63,705 bases of DNA, filler included, from Welwitschia mirabilis (GCA_051453625.1; 8 parts of one record of this genome joined end to end with filler, not necessarily neighbours in it), one strand, 5' to 3'; numbered from the whole stretch's first letter, positions 1 through 11,493 are shown. Numbers and translations: made by a program. Notes: a model not told the origin generated them from the letters alone.

Positions 1-40
1 TTTATCCCAAAAAAAAGAAAAAAAAGAAAAAAATGAAAAA

Positions 41-197
41 CATGATGTCCTACCGTAAGTACACCGAGGTAAATAGTTCCGAGAGGAGCCTTTGGCAGTG
101 TAATATGGTAGCTGTGGGAACTTCATTGGGGGGTCAGTTTGCCATGTTTCGTGGGTTTGTACTCCTTTGACAGTGGTTGCACTCCTCTCATGATGGC
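41..197 (+). other. Conserved non-coding island, copy 1 (candidate structured RNA)
   Basis: CATGATGTCCTAC...GGTAAATA...GAGAGGAGCCTTTGGCAGTGTAATATG...GGGGTCAG...CTCCTTTGACAGTGGTTGCACTC, repeated at 18427, 25772 and 55007. Confidence 0.75.
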
Positions 198-1523
198 AAA
201 AGAAATAAAACTTTTAGTATTCCCACATGATCATTTTACTTTTAGAGATTCCAGTGAGTTTGTAGATAGAAGCAGGTGAGATCATTTTCTATTAACTTTT
301 GGGTTTGACTTTTATTGTTCTACACACTTAACACTTTGAATATCACCATAACCATTGCTCTTTTGAATGAACTTTATGGAGTTAATACATATTGTCATGC
401 ATATTTACTTAGGTGATGTTATGCTGTTTTCCTTTGGAGTTTTCTACATTAATACTTAGGATAGGTAAACAATCTTCTCCTTGTACCTTTTGTCTATTTT
501 TACTCTGGTTTTCTTCTATGTTTGAGTCTCTTGTTTTAACATCATTTCTGAATTTTCTTCTTTCTTCTTAGGACTTTAATCATTTAGTAGTTTTCTTGCT
601 ATTCAATCATGAGTTTCCTTGTTGATTCTTGAGTTCTCAACTCTATCATGCTTTTATTTTTCTGTTTGAGTACATTCATTCTAGTCTTTCTTTCAGGTTC
701 TTAATCTAGATAGTTTGTTTTCTTCTGCCATAGTTTTTTCTTTTCTATGTGCTTTTACACTTTTGTCTCTTTCCTTTTCACGATTCAGCAATTTGGAATG
801 TATTACATATTTTAAGTGGGGGGGTAGGACACACATATTTTTAGTATTCTTGCATATTTTTGAAAATTCATGAGAATCATTATTGTAGGTCCTCCTTCCT
901 AAAAAGTTACTAAAACAGGCTTCATCAATTTTTTACATGATCATCTTTCAATTTTTATGATGAGGATTGCATTTCACTTTGAGCACATTTTTTATTTGAC
1001 TGTTTATCATAGTGGGGACTATTTATCAGTATGATTTAATTAACAAAAAAATTGATTTTTATCATAAGTTTTAGTTTTGAAGATCTTTTGAGGAGTCTGT
1101 TGTCCTTGTTATTGTCCAGATGACCGTACTAAACAATCGACTTCTGATGCTTAGCAGGTATGTCTAATCAGTTTTTGAATTTTCTAGAAATTCAGTCTAT
1201 TGTTGGTATATGTTATAAATCTTTTTCAAATGCTTTCTTTAGATATCCTAGCTATTTTTATTGTTTGAAAAGTTGGCTTGCAAATGTGGTTTACTGCTTG
1301 ATTNNNNNNNNNNNNNNNNNNNNNNNNNNNNNNNNNNNNNNNNNNNNNNNNNNNNNNNNNNNNNNNNNNNNNNNNNNNNNNNNNNNNNNNNNNNNNNNNN
1401 NNNTATCCTAGTTGTTTTTAGTATCTAAAAGTTGGCTCACAAATTTGGTTTACTACCTAGGTTTGTTAGGGACTAACAAAGCTAAGTGAGAGACTGTCCC
1501 TAACAAAGCTAAGTGAGAGACTA

Positions 1524-2627
1524 TGTTACACCACCAACTTATGTATATTTTATAGGGTATTCTGAGTTATTTTATAGGTAAATTATAAGATAAATTCTTA
1601 GTTCTCATGATAATGGAGAACCGAATGAAAAGGATGAAAATATACAATTTCCAGATAAATTACAAGAATTTTGTATAGATATGGATAAATGACATTTTGG
1701 ATAATGATTTCTGTAAACAACAAAGCGATTTGATTGATTGAAGATTGACAAAATACAATTTTTCATCTCATCGTCTGGGTAGCAGTATTGGATAATATCT
1801 CCAACTAGTCGATAACACTTTACATGTAGTTCATAGGTAGATCAATTAGAGTAGACTAGGAGATCTATCTATTAGTCAGCATCATCTCCTATATTGTCTG
1901 GATGACCAGTAGGATGACATTGTTTTCTCATACTTTCACTGAACGTTCAGCCAAGTTGTCACCACTTTATTGTGACTTTTCTTTGCATATTAGCTAGGGT
2001 TTCTCCTATACTTTTCTATCAGTTTTTCTTTCATTTTTATCTATAAATAAGGGTCTATCTCTCATCCCTAATCATCTTCGACAATACTTGACATACTCGT
2101 AATAGGAGACCTTGGGACTGGAGAATCATTCTGTAATTGTAAAGAGACGTTCCCTTAACGTTAGATGGCATTTCGTCCATTGAGAAATGGCTACTTTTTA
2201 ATATGAATGTTGCATGAATTTTAATATGAATTATCTTATTTTGTGTTCAATATATGAATAAACTTCTCCCTTATAGTTTATTTTATTTAAGATTCAATGA
2301 TAAGCTTCTTTTGTTATATAGATTATGAGGGAAGCCTTTGTCAAGGTTAAGATTAATTAGTTTAAGTACATTGTTATTTCTTTTTCTAGATTAGTTTTGC
2401 ATAAGAATGTTTTATTTCAATCCATGCATTGCGATTTATTTTAGTAGATTAGGGTTACATAGTTTTCTCTTAAAAGTAACTCTTTTATTTTCATACTTTG
2501 ACCTTTGACAGAATTATGACATTCGGATTACTCCCATATATACTAGTGTGTTATGTTTGTGCATATTAATTGTGACTAATAGAATTAAGATCAGGACATA
2601 AAAATTGCATAAATATGCATCACAATA
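1524..2627 (+). repeat. Family A LTR (~1.1 kb)
   Basis: Starts TGTTACA after the PPT, has TATAAATA at 2042-2049, and ends TTGCATAAATATGCATCACAATA. This matches LTR ends at 5375, 29113, 33609, ~59029 and ~61452. Confidence 0.8.
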
Positions 2628-5600
2628 ATTATTAAGAGATATAAGAGCATCATCTTCATTATTGATTGAAAGGTTTTTAGTTTTCTCATGATTAGATTCC
2701 TCATCTCAATTGTATAACAATAAACAAATGGTAGGGATATAATCTAATATCTCAATATCATTATCTAATGAATGGTCATCTTTATTCCAATTGTTAAAAT
2801 ATTAAGTTGTATTATTATTGTGTCCCTTTTTCTTATCTTCTAACGAGTAGAATGTTAAAGTTTGATTTATAATTTCATCTTTAAGTTGAAAGTAAGAATC
2901 ATTATCATCAGTGGTTTCTAAGTTTTCTTCATTTTCATCAAGGTAGAATGAAGTAGGATAGTTTTGAGGATGTTATATTGTAAAATATCCTTGAATATGT
3001 AATAGGTTTTATTCTAAGTTTTCAACTAGTTTTTTCAAGTTCATATTGATATTTTCTTGGTTCTTCATCATTTCACCAATAATTTCTTTTAATAAATCTT
3101 TTTCTTCCTCATAGTAGTTGATAGAAGATGGTTCTTCTTAGTAGTAATACATGGAAGATGTTTGGGATTGAAAAAGATGATTGTAAAAAGTTTTTCTAAA
3201 TGAGGTGGAATCCTCAAAATATGGAGAATCTTCATCATCATGTCTATATGAGGTTTGAAAAGAAGAGGAAGAAGAATAAGTAGGTTGAAAAGAAGAAGGG
3301 GCCCAANNNNNNNNNNNNNNNNNNNNNNNNNNNNNNNNNNNNNNNNNNNNNNNNNNNNNNNNNNNNNNNNNNNNNNNNNNNNNNNNNNNNNNNNNNNNNN
3401 NNNNNNTCCCTTTTTCTTATCTCCTAATGAGTAGAATGTTAAAGTTTGATTTATAATTTCATCTTTAAGTTGAACGTAAGAATCATTATCATCAGTGGTT
3501 TCTAAGTTTTCTTCGTTTTCATCAAGGTAGAATGAAGTAGGATAGTTTTGAGGATGTTATATTGTAAAAGATCCTTGAATATGTAATAGGTTTTATTTTA
3601 AGTTTTCAACTAGTTTTTTCAAGTTTATATTGATGTTTTCTTGGTTCTTCATCATTTCACCAATAATTTCTTTTAATAAATCTTTTTCTTCCTCGTAGTA
3701 GTTGATAGAAGATGGTTCTTCTTGGTAGTAATACATGGAAGATGTTTGGGATTGAAAAAGATGATTGTAAGAAGTTTTTCTAAATGAGGTGGAATTCCCA
3801 AAATATGGAGAATCTTCATCATCATGTCTATATGAGGTTTGAAAAGAAGAGGAAGAAGAATGAGTAGGTTGAAAAGAAGAAAGAGCCCAATTCCTATTTT
3901 CAACATGATTTTGTGATGGTCTTTCTCTTTTGGCAAAGANNNNNNNNNNNNNNNNNNNNNNNNNNNNNNNNNNNNNNNNNNNNNNNNNNNNNNNNNNNNN
4001 NNNNNNNNNNNNNNNNNNNNNNNNNNNNNNNNNNNNNNNCCAATTCCTATTTTCAACATGATTTTGTGATGGTCTTTCTCTTTTGGCAAAGATTTCTCAA
4101 AGTGTTTTCTTACCAATGTCCTCATCATTTTGCAAGTTTTCTCTCCTTTTAGAAAGAAGTTCCACAATGGTTTTTTTCTATTATTATTCATTGAAGTAAG
4201 TAAAAAGAATGGAATAAGAAAGTTTTTAAATCAAGATGATAAGAAATATAGGTACACAATGAAGATCAAGGTTCCCTTTCTTAGATGATTCATCATTTAA
4301 AAATGCTATTTCTTAACACTTAAAAGATGCGAGATCATTATTGCCAATTAACTATAAAGAAAATCTAATTCTAAAATAGAAAAAAGAAATATCAAAATTT
4401 GTGTACCTATGTTGTGCGTACTTGGATTTTTCTTTTGAAGTCGAATCATATTTCTGTTAATCAAGTTCTCCACCAGCTAATTTTTCATCTTTCTATAAGA
4501 ATTCTTTATATCCCTACATGTACAAACAGTAAATAAATACCAAAATANNNNNNNNNNNNNNNNNNNNNNNNNNNNNNNNNNNNNNNNNNNNNNNNNNNNN
4601 NNNNNNNNNNNNNNNNNNNNNNNNNNNNNNNNNNNNNNNNNNNNNNNAGAATTCTTTATATCCCTAAATGTACAAATAGTAAATAAAAACCGAAATAAAA
4701 TGAAATGGACCATCATTCACCTAGTCGTATGGATGACAAGAGGGAATAACGATCATAGAAAAATTGAACTCTAAAGACTTTAGAACTCTAAAAACTATAG
4801 CAAGAAAGATTACTAAAACTAAGACTATCATACTTACTATCATGGGGACAATAGATAGGATGATATTACTTTACTACTAAACTATGAATAGAATAAAAAT
4901 TGCAAAAATAGAAACTAAATTTGAAATTTCATGACTTTTGTGCCTTATGTCATCTAGACAATAAAGAGAATGATAGGGTCTCTAAAAATTATGAAAAATA
5001 AAATTTTACAATAATAAATCAACCTTAAATTACGCTAGAAATATAGCATTAATTCAAATAAGTAACTTAAATAAAAAGATTCAGTGTACTTATCTGGTTA
5101 ATTACAATCCTCTTAGCTCCTTGTGGCCTTCACTGGTAATAGTATCAAAATGTTGTGGTGNNNNNNNNNNNNNNNNNNNNNNNNNNNNNNNNNNNNNNNN
5201 NNNNNNNNNNNNNNNNNNNNNNNNNNNNNNNNNNNNNNNNNNNNNNNNNNNNNNNNNNNNATAAATATAGCATTAATTCAAATACGTAATCTGAATAAAA
5301 AGATTCAGTGTACTTATCTGGTTAATTACAATCCTCTTAGCTCCTTGTGGCCTTCCCTGGTAATAGTATCAAAATGTTGTGGTGTGAATTTATGCAATCT
5401 TGAAGTCCTTTAGATAAACCTGTAATCAAATAATTTGTAGAAAAACACACACTAGTATAGATGGAAGTTCACCCGAATGTCATAATCCCAATAAAAGCAC
5501 TAGGCTCAGAGTTAGAAAATTGATTTCCAAAGGTAGTTTTTAGTCTTTTATCATTTACTGACTGAAAGTAAATAGTAAAGTAAATTCAATGCAAGTGAAT

Positions 5601-7438
5601 GGAGTTGAAATGCAAGTTAATAAAAATGGAAATGGAATGAATTCTCTTAGTTCCTAATCCTTCTGTTACAAGGACTAGCTTCTAGCCTTTCTGTTATAAA
5701 GACTATCCTTTCTATGATTCAAGTCAATTAAGAAGAGCATTCATCTAATTCCTGACCAACATAAAATATGAGATGTACTAAGTAGAATATGCAATATTCG
5801 ATATGAAATGAAATGGAAATGCAATGTAAATATACTACTAACCACAGTCAACCTTAACAAAGGTTACCCTCATGATTTAAATAAATCATCGATTTGTCAC
5901 TTAACTATGAATAAAATAAATCATAAGGGACATTCACAGAATTGGAATGAAAAGAGTATTTATATTAATTCAAAAGAACTTTACATCCACTTTACAATAG
6001 AAGAACCACACCTCAATGGAAGAGACCTAGCCTCACACTCAGAAAACCCCGGTCTGTAGCTACTAGANNNNNNNNNNNNNNNNNNNNNNNNNNNNNNNNN
6101 NNNNNNNNNNNNNNNNNNNNNNNNNNNNNNNNNNNNNNNNNNNNNNNNNNNNNNNNNNNNNNNNNNNNNNNNNNNNNNNNNNNNNNNNNNNNNNNNNNNN
6201 NNNNNNNNNNNNNNNNNNNNNNNNNNNNNNNNNNNNNNNNNNNNNNNNNNNNNNNNNNNNNNNNNNNNNNNNNNNNNNNNNNNNNNNNNNNNNNNNNNNN
6301 NNNNNNNNNNNNNNNNNNNNNNNNNNNNNNNNNNNNNNNNNNNNNNNNNNNNNNNNNNNNNNNNNNNNNNNNNNNNNNNNNNNNNNNNNNNNNNNNNNNN
6401 NNNNNNNNNNNNNNNNNNNNNNNNNNNNNNNNNNNNNNNNNNNNNNNNNNNNNNNNNNNNNNNNNNNNNNNNNNNNNNNNNNNNNNNNNNNNNNNNNNNN
6501 NNNNNNNNNNNNNNNNNNNNNNNNNNNNNNNNNNNNNNNNNNNNNNNNNNNNNNNNNNNNNNNNNNNNNNNNNNNNNNNNNNNNNNNNNNNNNNNNNNNN
6601 NNNNNNNNNNNNNNNNNNNNNNNNNNNNNNNNNNNNNNNNNNNNNNNNNNNNNNNNNNNNNNNNNNNNNNNNNNNNNNNNNNNNNNNNNNNNNNNNNNNN
6701 NNNNNNNNNNNNNNNNNNNNNNNNNNNNNNNNNNNNNNNNNNNNNNNNNNNNNNNNNNNNNNNNNNNNNNNNNNNNNNNNNNNNNNNNNNNNNNNNNNNN
6801 NNNNNNNNNNNNNNNNNNNNNNNNNNNNNNNNNNNNNNNNNNNNNNNNATGTCATAAGGATAACAAAGAGAATGACGTGCCTTTTGCCTTGGGTTGTATG
6901 CCCATGTTATGCTATTAGCCCTGTGGGTTGTGCACGCATGTTACCGATGCCATCGTCCTGACTGTCATGGAGATGACAAAGGGAATGACACCCTATCATC
7001 ATCTGCTCCATGTGTTACTGTCGACCCTACATCCTTTGTCCATGTGATTAAGATTATCATATTGCATGTCATGGGGATGACATGAGGGATGACACCACTG
7101 ACACTTCATGTGCATGTGCTGTCTATGTGTTGCCCATGTCTTACCCATATTGGATAGCTGTTATGTTGTCCCCTATATCATGGGGACAACAGCAGGGATG
7201 ACAACTCTCCTAAGCTCCTCAAGTGGAGTAAATTGGCCTTCTTCATTCTTAGTCCTCCTTTAATATGCTAAGTATCAAAACATTCTTTAAATGCCTCCAA
7301 TTATGCCAAGAATTATATGTTTCCATGATTATCTTATCATCTCTCCATAATCAATAGAATTGCATCTAAACCTATATAAATGTCTTGCAAAAGTACTTCA
7401 AATATACCATCAAATTCCTACAAATTGGCATCACAATA
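2628..7438 (-). mobile_element. 5' part of a family A-related gypsy element (5' LTR 5375-7438, PBS, 5' UTR, shortened gag-like ORF)
   Basis: On the minus strand the LTR ends ...CACACCACAACA at 5375, followed by eroded PBS TGATACTATTACCAGGGA (from TGGCGCCGTTGCCGGGGA). The LTR start T(G/A)TTGTGATGCC gives TGTTGTG/CACAACA termini. Confidence 0.75.
3407..4190 (-). pseudogene. Degenerate, internally shortened gag-like ORF
   Basis: A frame different from the listed ORF reads KKTL*EIFAKRERPS...KNQENININLKKLVENLK. This resembles family A gag TLRDMIANKR and KTQEKTNANIKNLVNIL. Confidence 0.5.
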
Positions 7439-7645
7439 AGGTAATAATAAATTTATCAATTTTTGGAGGTGTTTTCATAAGAAGTTTTCTTTTCCTTTTT
7501 TAGATAGCTATATTTTCATTTTTCTTTTATTTCATTTCCAGTGATNNNNNNNNNNNNNNNNNNNNNNNNNNNNNNNNNNNNNNNNNNNNNNNNNNNNNNN
7601 NNNNNNNNNNNNNNNNNNNNNNNNNNNNNNNNNNNNNNNNNNNNN

Positions 7646-8723
7646 ATAATATGCAATATACAATATGAAATGAAATAGAAATTCAATGCAAACCTACACT
7701 AACTAAGGTCAATCTTAACAAAGGTTGCCCTCATGATCCAAATAAATCATAGAATTGTCACTTAACTATGACCAACTTAAATCATAAGGGACATTCACAG
7801 AATTAGAATAAAAAGAGTATTTGTATTAATGGAAAGAACTTTACATCCACTTATAATAGAATAATAGCACCTCAATGGAAGAGACACAATCTAACACCAA
7901 GAAAACCCCTTTCTNNNNNNNNNNNNNNNNNCCACTGGATAGGCCTCTTTCCTTTAATCTTCTGTCACAAGAATATTGAGTATAAAAGATGGTTTAGAAG
8001 TAAAGGGGGAAAGGGTATTTATATTTTTACAATGAACTGTAACCCTGGTAAAGAAAACCCTAACAGCCCACATGAGTCTCTTAATTCCATTTACAACAAT
8101 ATTTATTGCAAATATATAGAAATTGTTATAGTTCCTCCTGTCATGGGAATGACATATGGGACGATACCATCTTACCCTGTTGGATTATATGCCCATGTGA
8201 TACTGTCAGCCCCATGTGTTATGCACGCATGTTACCAATGTTGTCATCTTGCATGTTGTCTGGATGACTGAGGGAATGATGCCCTACCATTGTCTACTCC
8301 ATGTGTTGCTATCAACCCTATAGCCTTTGTCCATATGATTAAGATTTTTGTCCTACATATCATGGGGATGACAGCGAGGATGACACCACTGGCACTCCAT
8401 GTGCATGTGTTGCCCATATGTTACCCATGTGTTGCCCATGTTGGATAGTGGTTTTGTCGTCTCCTCTATTGTGAGGACGATAGTCGACACCTCTCCTAAG
8501 CTTCTCAAGTGAAGTAAATCAGCCTTCTTCATCCTTAGTCCTCTTTCAATATGCTAAGTATTAGAATATGCCTAAAACATATCTGATTATGCTAATAATT
8601 ACATGTTTCCATGATCAGTTGTTGTCTCTCCATAATTAGCAAAATTTCATCTAAACCTATATAAATGTCTTGCAAAAGTACTTCAAATATACCATCAAAT
8701 TCTTAGAAATTGGCATCACAACA
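7646..8723 (-). repeat. Second, diverged copy of the LTR at ~5790-7438
   Basis: Colinear with 5790-7438. Begins TGTTGTGATGCC at 8723 on the minus strand and is followed by the same flank. Confidence 0.8.
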
Positions 8724-11364
8724 AGGTAATAATAAATTTATCAATTTTTGGAGGTGTTTTCATAAGAAGTTTTCTTTTCCTTTTTTAGATAGTTATATTT
8801 TCATTTCTCTTTTATTTCATTTCCAGTGATTGGTATTAGTTATCTCTAGTGTTATCTAAATTGATTTGTTTGTTTGTTTTTTTTTAGCATTCTAGTGATT
8901 ATTACTAGTCTAGTTCAGTGAAACCTGAGTTGGTCCAGCTCTTTTACTATTTCTAACCCTAATCAATAGAAATAGTATTGAACAATTTCATTGTTAGTGT
9001 ATTTTAGCTAATTTCCTTAAAGTAGAAGCCAAAGAATACAAAGATATAGTAAAGAATCTACATCAAACATTAAATTAAACAAGAGCCCTCTTCCCTTCTT
9101 CTTTTTATTTTTATTTTCTTTTATTTAAAAAAAATTCTAGTTATTTTTCATTTTTAAAAAAAAAAGTATAAAAGCCTTTCTTATAGTTAGTTTTCTTTAA
9201 ATTTATTTAAAACAAAGAAAAGACAAAAATTTAGTAGTTAGTTATTTTTTAATTCTATTTTTTTGAAAGTTTTCATTATTATAAAAAAATGTTAGTTTAT
9301 TGTTAATTTATTTTACATTAGGTTATTTTATTTTCTATTTGATTTTTTTAATTTACTCAACCTGTCATTCGATAGAACTATTAGCTCTTGAACTTAATTC
9401 TAAACCTCCCGTATGAGACTCTAAACATTTTGTACTTTTGGATTCTCAAATTCTTGATTTATATGCATTGGGTCTGAAACAAATTTGGCCAACTAGTTAG
9501 AATTTCTTCAAATGATAATATGGAAGCCATAATGATCATAGCTATAAAAAAAGAGAACCTTATCCCAATATCCATTACAAGGCTTCCATGAACATACTTA
9601 AAATAAATCCTTGACTCTATAAGGACCCTAAGGTAGTAATGATACTATGTCTAATGAATAATTTTTAGGATACCTTAAGCATCAATGGTATAATCAAATT
9701 CTATTACAATTATATCCTTATTAGCCATAAAGACAAATCTTATTTAATCAACTTTCACCTCATATTCCTAATCCATAAAACTAACCCTTCTCTTAACCCT
9801 TACCACATAGCCAAATGTTTTCATAATCTTTATCACAAATCCAATTATTTTCTCAATCCTTAAATCAAAGATTACCTTTTTCATATTAGTTAGATGTATT
9901 CTCAACATTATACCTAGTTTTACTTCCAAAGCCAATCTAGTATACATAACAATCTCAAACATGATAGACACTTAAGGACTATTTACAACCTTAGTGTCTT
10001 GGGACTCCTCCTTGCATTATGCAACAACTGACAACATGTAGGTTGGAATTTAAGCCCTTAAACATACAACTTCTTTTTCATTTTCATGGCTTAGAATTAG
10101 TGGGGCCTTGTTTGCATATTAAAAAGTTTGAGTGTATTTTGTCAACAATCCTCAAATTCACCAATATTGTAGATGCTCTAAGGCTAATATTGTTCCCCTT
10201 TTTTTAAAAGAGAAAGCATAAGGCATGGATTTATACTCTTAAATCCTTATCAATTATGACTTAGGCTAGACTCAATAAAGTCTTTATTTGGAAATTTTTC
10301 CCAAGTCACAAAACCAATGCTTTGCATAAATAGATAATGAACTACCAACAAAAAGATCATAAAACCTTTTCACAAATACTATAAAGGTTTAAGGATTTAT
10401 TGTAGAAATGTTCACAACATGGTTTTGAGCCTGGTCATATAATTAGCTTTTTCTATGAGGGGTTATCATTGAATAATAAGTAATTAGATGAAATGATAAG
10501 CCAAGGAAGCTTCTTAAAAATAGACCCAAATTATGCTTGGCAATACCTAGAATCTGTAATTGAGAGTTTAAAAAATTGGGAGAAACCATAAAAAATTTAA
10601 TATTTTAAAGTTCTAGTATTTATAAAGTTCTAGAAGACTTTAATGCAGGCAATAAAATAACTTAACTTTCAAAAAAATAAGATTCCCTTACATCTTAGCT
10701 AGTTATTTAAAAACTAGGATTTTTTATTTACCACATAGATTCACATAAAATTACTAAGTATCCTTCAATACTGATGTAACAAAACATAATAAATGAATAA
10801 TTAAGATGGGATAACTTTGATAAAACAAAAATAACCCTTTCTTGAATACTTATAATCTTAGTTGGTGAAACCATCCTAATTTCTCTTGAAATTATAATAA
10901 TAACCCATAATAAAATTATTAGCCTATGAAATCATTCCCCTCATCTTTCCATCATAACCCTTCATCATCAAACCATCAAACAAATTCATCTGAGCCATTG
11001 GAGAAAACCCTTCAAAAGTTTATAGAATCACAAGTATAAATAAATAAAAGACTTGAACATAACATACAACAACTCCAATAAATTACGACTCACATCCTTT
11101 CATCATTAAACTAACAAGAGGCTAGCAAACTTTCCATAAGTTCTCAATCTAATCCAAGAAGAATTAAAATGATAAAGGAAGAAGAGCCAAACTCCATCAA
11201 ATAGACCAAATTTATTCATCTTTGAATTAGGAGAAAAATAAATTAATAAATAGAATTGAAAAATAAATAGTAAATGAAAAAAGACCATTTCCCATCTATC
11301 AAAAACCTTTACCATTTCCAAATAATTAAAAAGAGAAAACATTACTAGGAAATAATTAAAGGCC
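8724..11364 (+). mobile_element. 5' part of Athila-like element, family C (last ~20 bp of LTR, eroded PBS, UTR, gag)
   Basis: AGGTAATAATAAATTTATCA matches the LTR end at ~48052-48071. It is followed by TTTTTGGAGGTGTT (eroded PBS) and then gag. Confidence 0.75.
9463..11364 (+). pseudogene. gag: Athila gag, many stops and frameshifts
   Basis: MHWV*NKFGQLVR; TLKDYLQP...LEFKPLNIQLLFHFHGLE..PCLHIKKFE...DALRLILFPF are typical Athila gag N-terminal and capsid motifs. Confidence 0.85.
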
Positions 11365-11464
11365 NNNNNNNNNNNNNNNNNNNNNNNNNNNNNNNNNNNN
11401 NNNNNNNNTTAATTAATTAANNNNNNNNNNNNNNNNNNNNNNNNNNNNNNNNNNNNNNNNNNNN
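11365..11464. other. Artificial scaffold spacer 44N-TTAATTAATTAA-44N (12-mer cores also start at 23420, 53120, 56272, 59276, 60966, 62567)
   Basis: An identical 12-mer centred in 100-bp blocks, giving stop codons in all six frames. Confidence 0.95.
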
Positions 11465-11476
11465 CATCCATCATTT

Positions 11477-11493
11477 TGGCGCTAGAAGGAGGG
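11477..11493 (+). promoter_or_regulatory. Primer-binding site, complementary to the tRNA-Asn 3' end
   Basis: TGGCGCTAGAAGGAGGG, 3 nt after the LTR end. Its reverse complement CCCTCCTTCTAGCGCCA matches the plant tRNA-Asn 3' end as I recall it. A mutated duplicate lies at 12043-12058. Confidence 0.75.

Larger units (their letters stand above)
1..2627 (+). mobile_element. 3' part of Athila-like Ty3/gypsy element, family A (3' non-coding region, PPT, 3' LTR)
   Basis: Colinear with the reverse complement of ~23476-25930. A degenerate PPT (GCTAAGTGAGAGACTA; GCTAAGTGGGGGGCTA in the 24.3 kb copy) precedes TGTTAC at 1524. No pol sequence is visible. Confidence 0.85.

Noticed and set aside
41..197. 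Island as hammerhead, twister, pistol or HDV-like ribozyme, or as 5S/tRNA-derived sequence
   Set aside because: Only short resemblances (CGAAAC and ACACTGCCAA on the minus strand; TAAATAG; CTCCT). The required cores (CUGAUGA, twister or HDV P2 partners, tRNA T-loop, 5S boxes) are absent.
812..832. Internal TAAGTGGGGGG as the start of another LTR (also at 24822 and 25298 on the minus strand)
   Set aside because: Not followed by LTR sequence; internal PPT-like copies are common in Athila 3' UTRs.
2823..3890. Apparent tandem duplications flanking N gaps (also 11465/12031, 24750/25228, 44206/44489, 59551/59770, 60166/60518)
   Set aside because: Each pair is split exactly by an N gap, which is typical of unmerged overlaps or haplotypes rather than real duplication.
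6013..6855. Long ORFs in the track (also 20504-21392, 24792-25438, 53607-54677)
   Set aside because: Composed almost entirely of X from N runs.
6950..8490. CRISPR-like array of palindromic repeats
   Set aside because: Irregular spacing, degenerate units, location within plant LTRs, and no cas genes.
11409..11420. TTAATTAATTAA as a biological palindrome or repeat
   Set aside because: Always centred in 44+44 N, so it is a synthetic linker.
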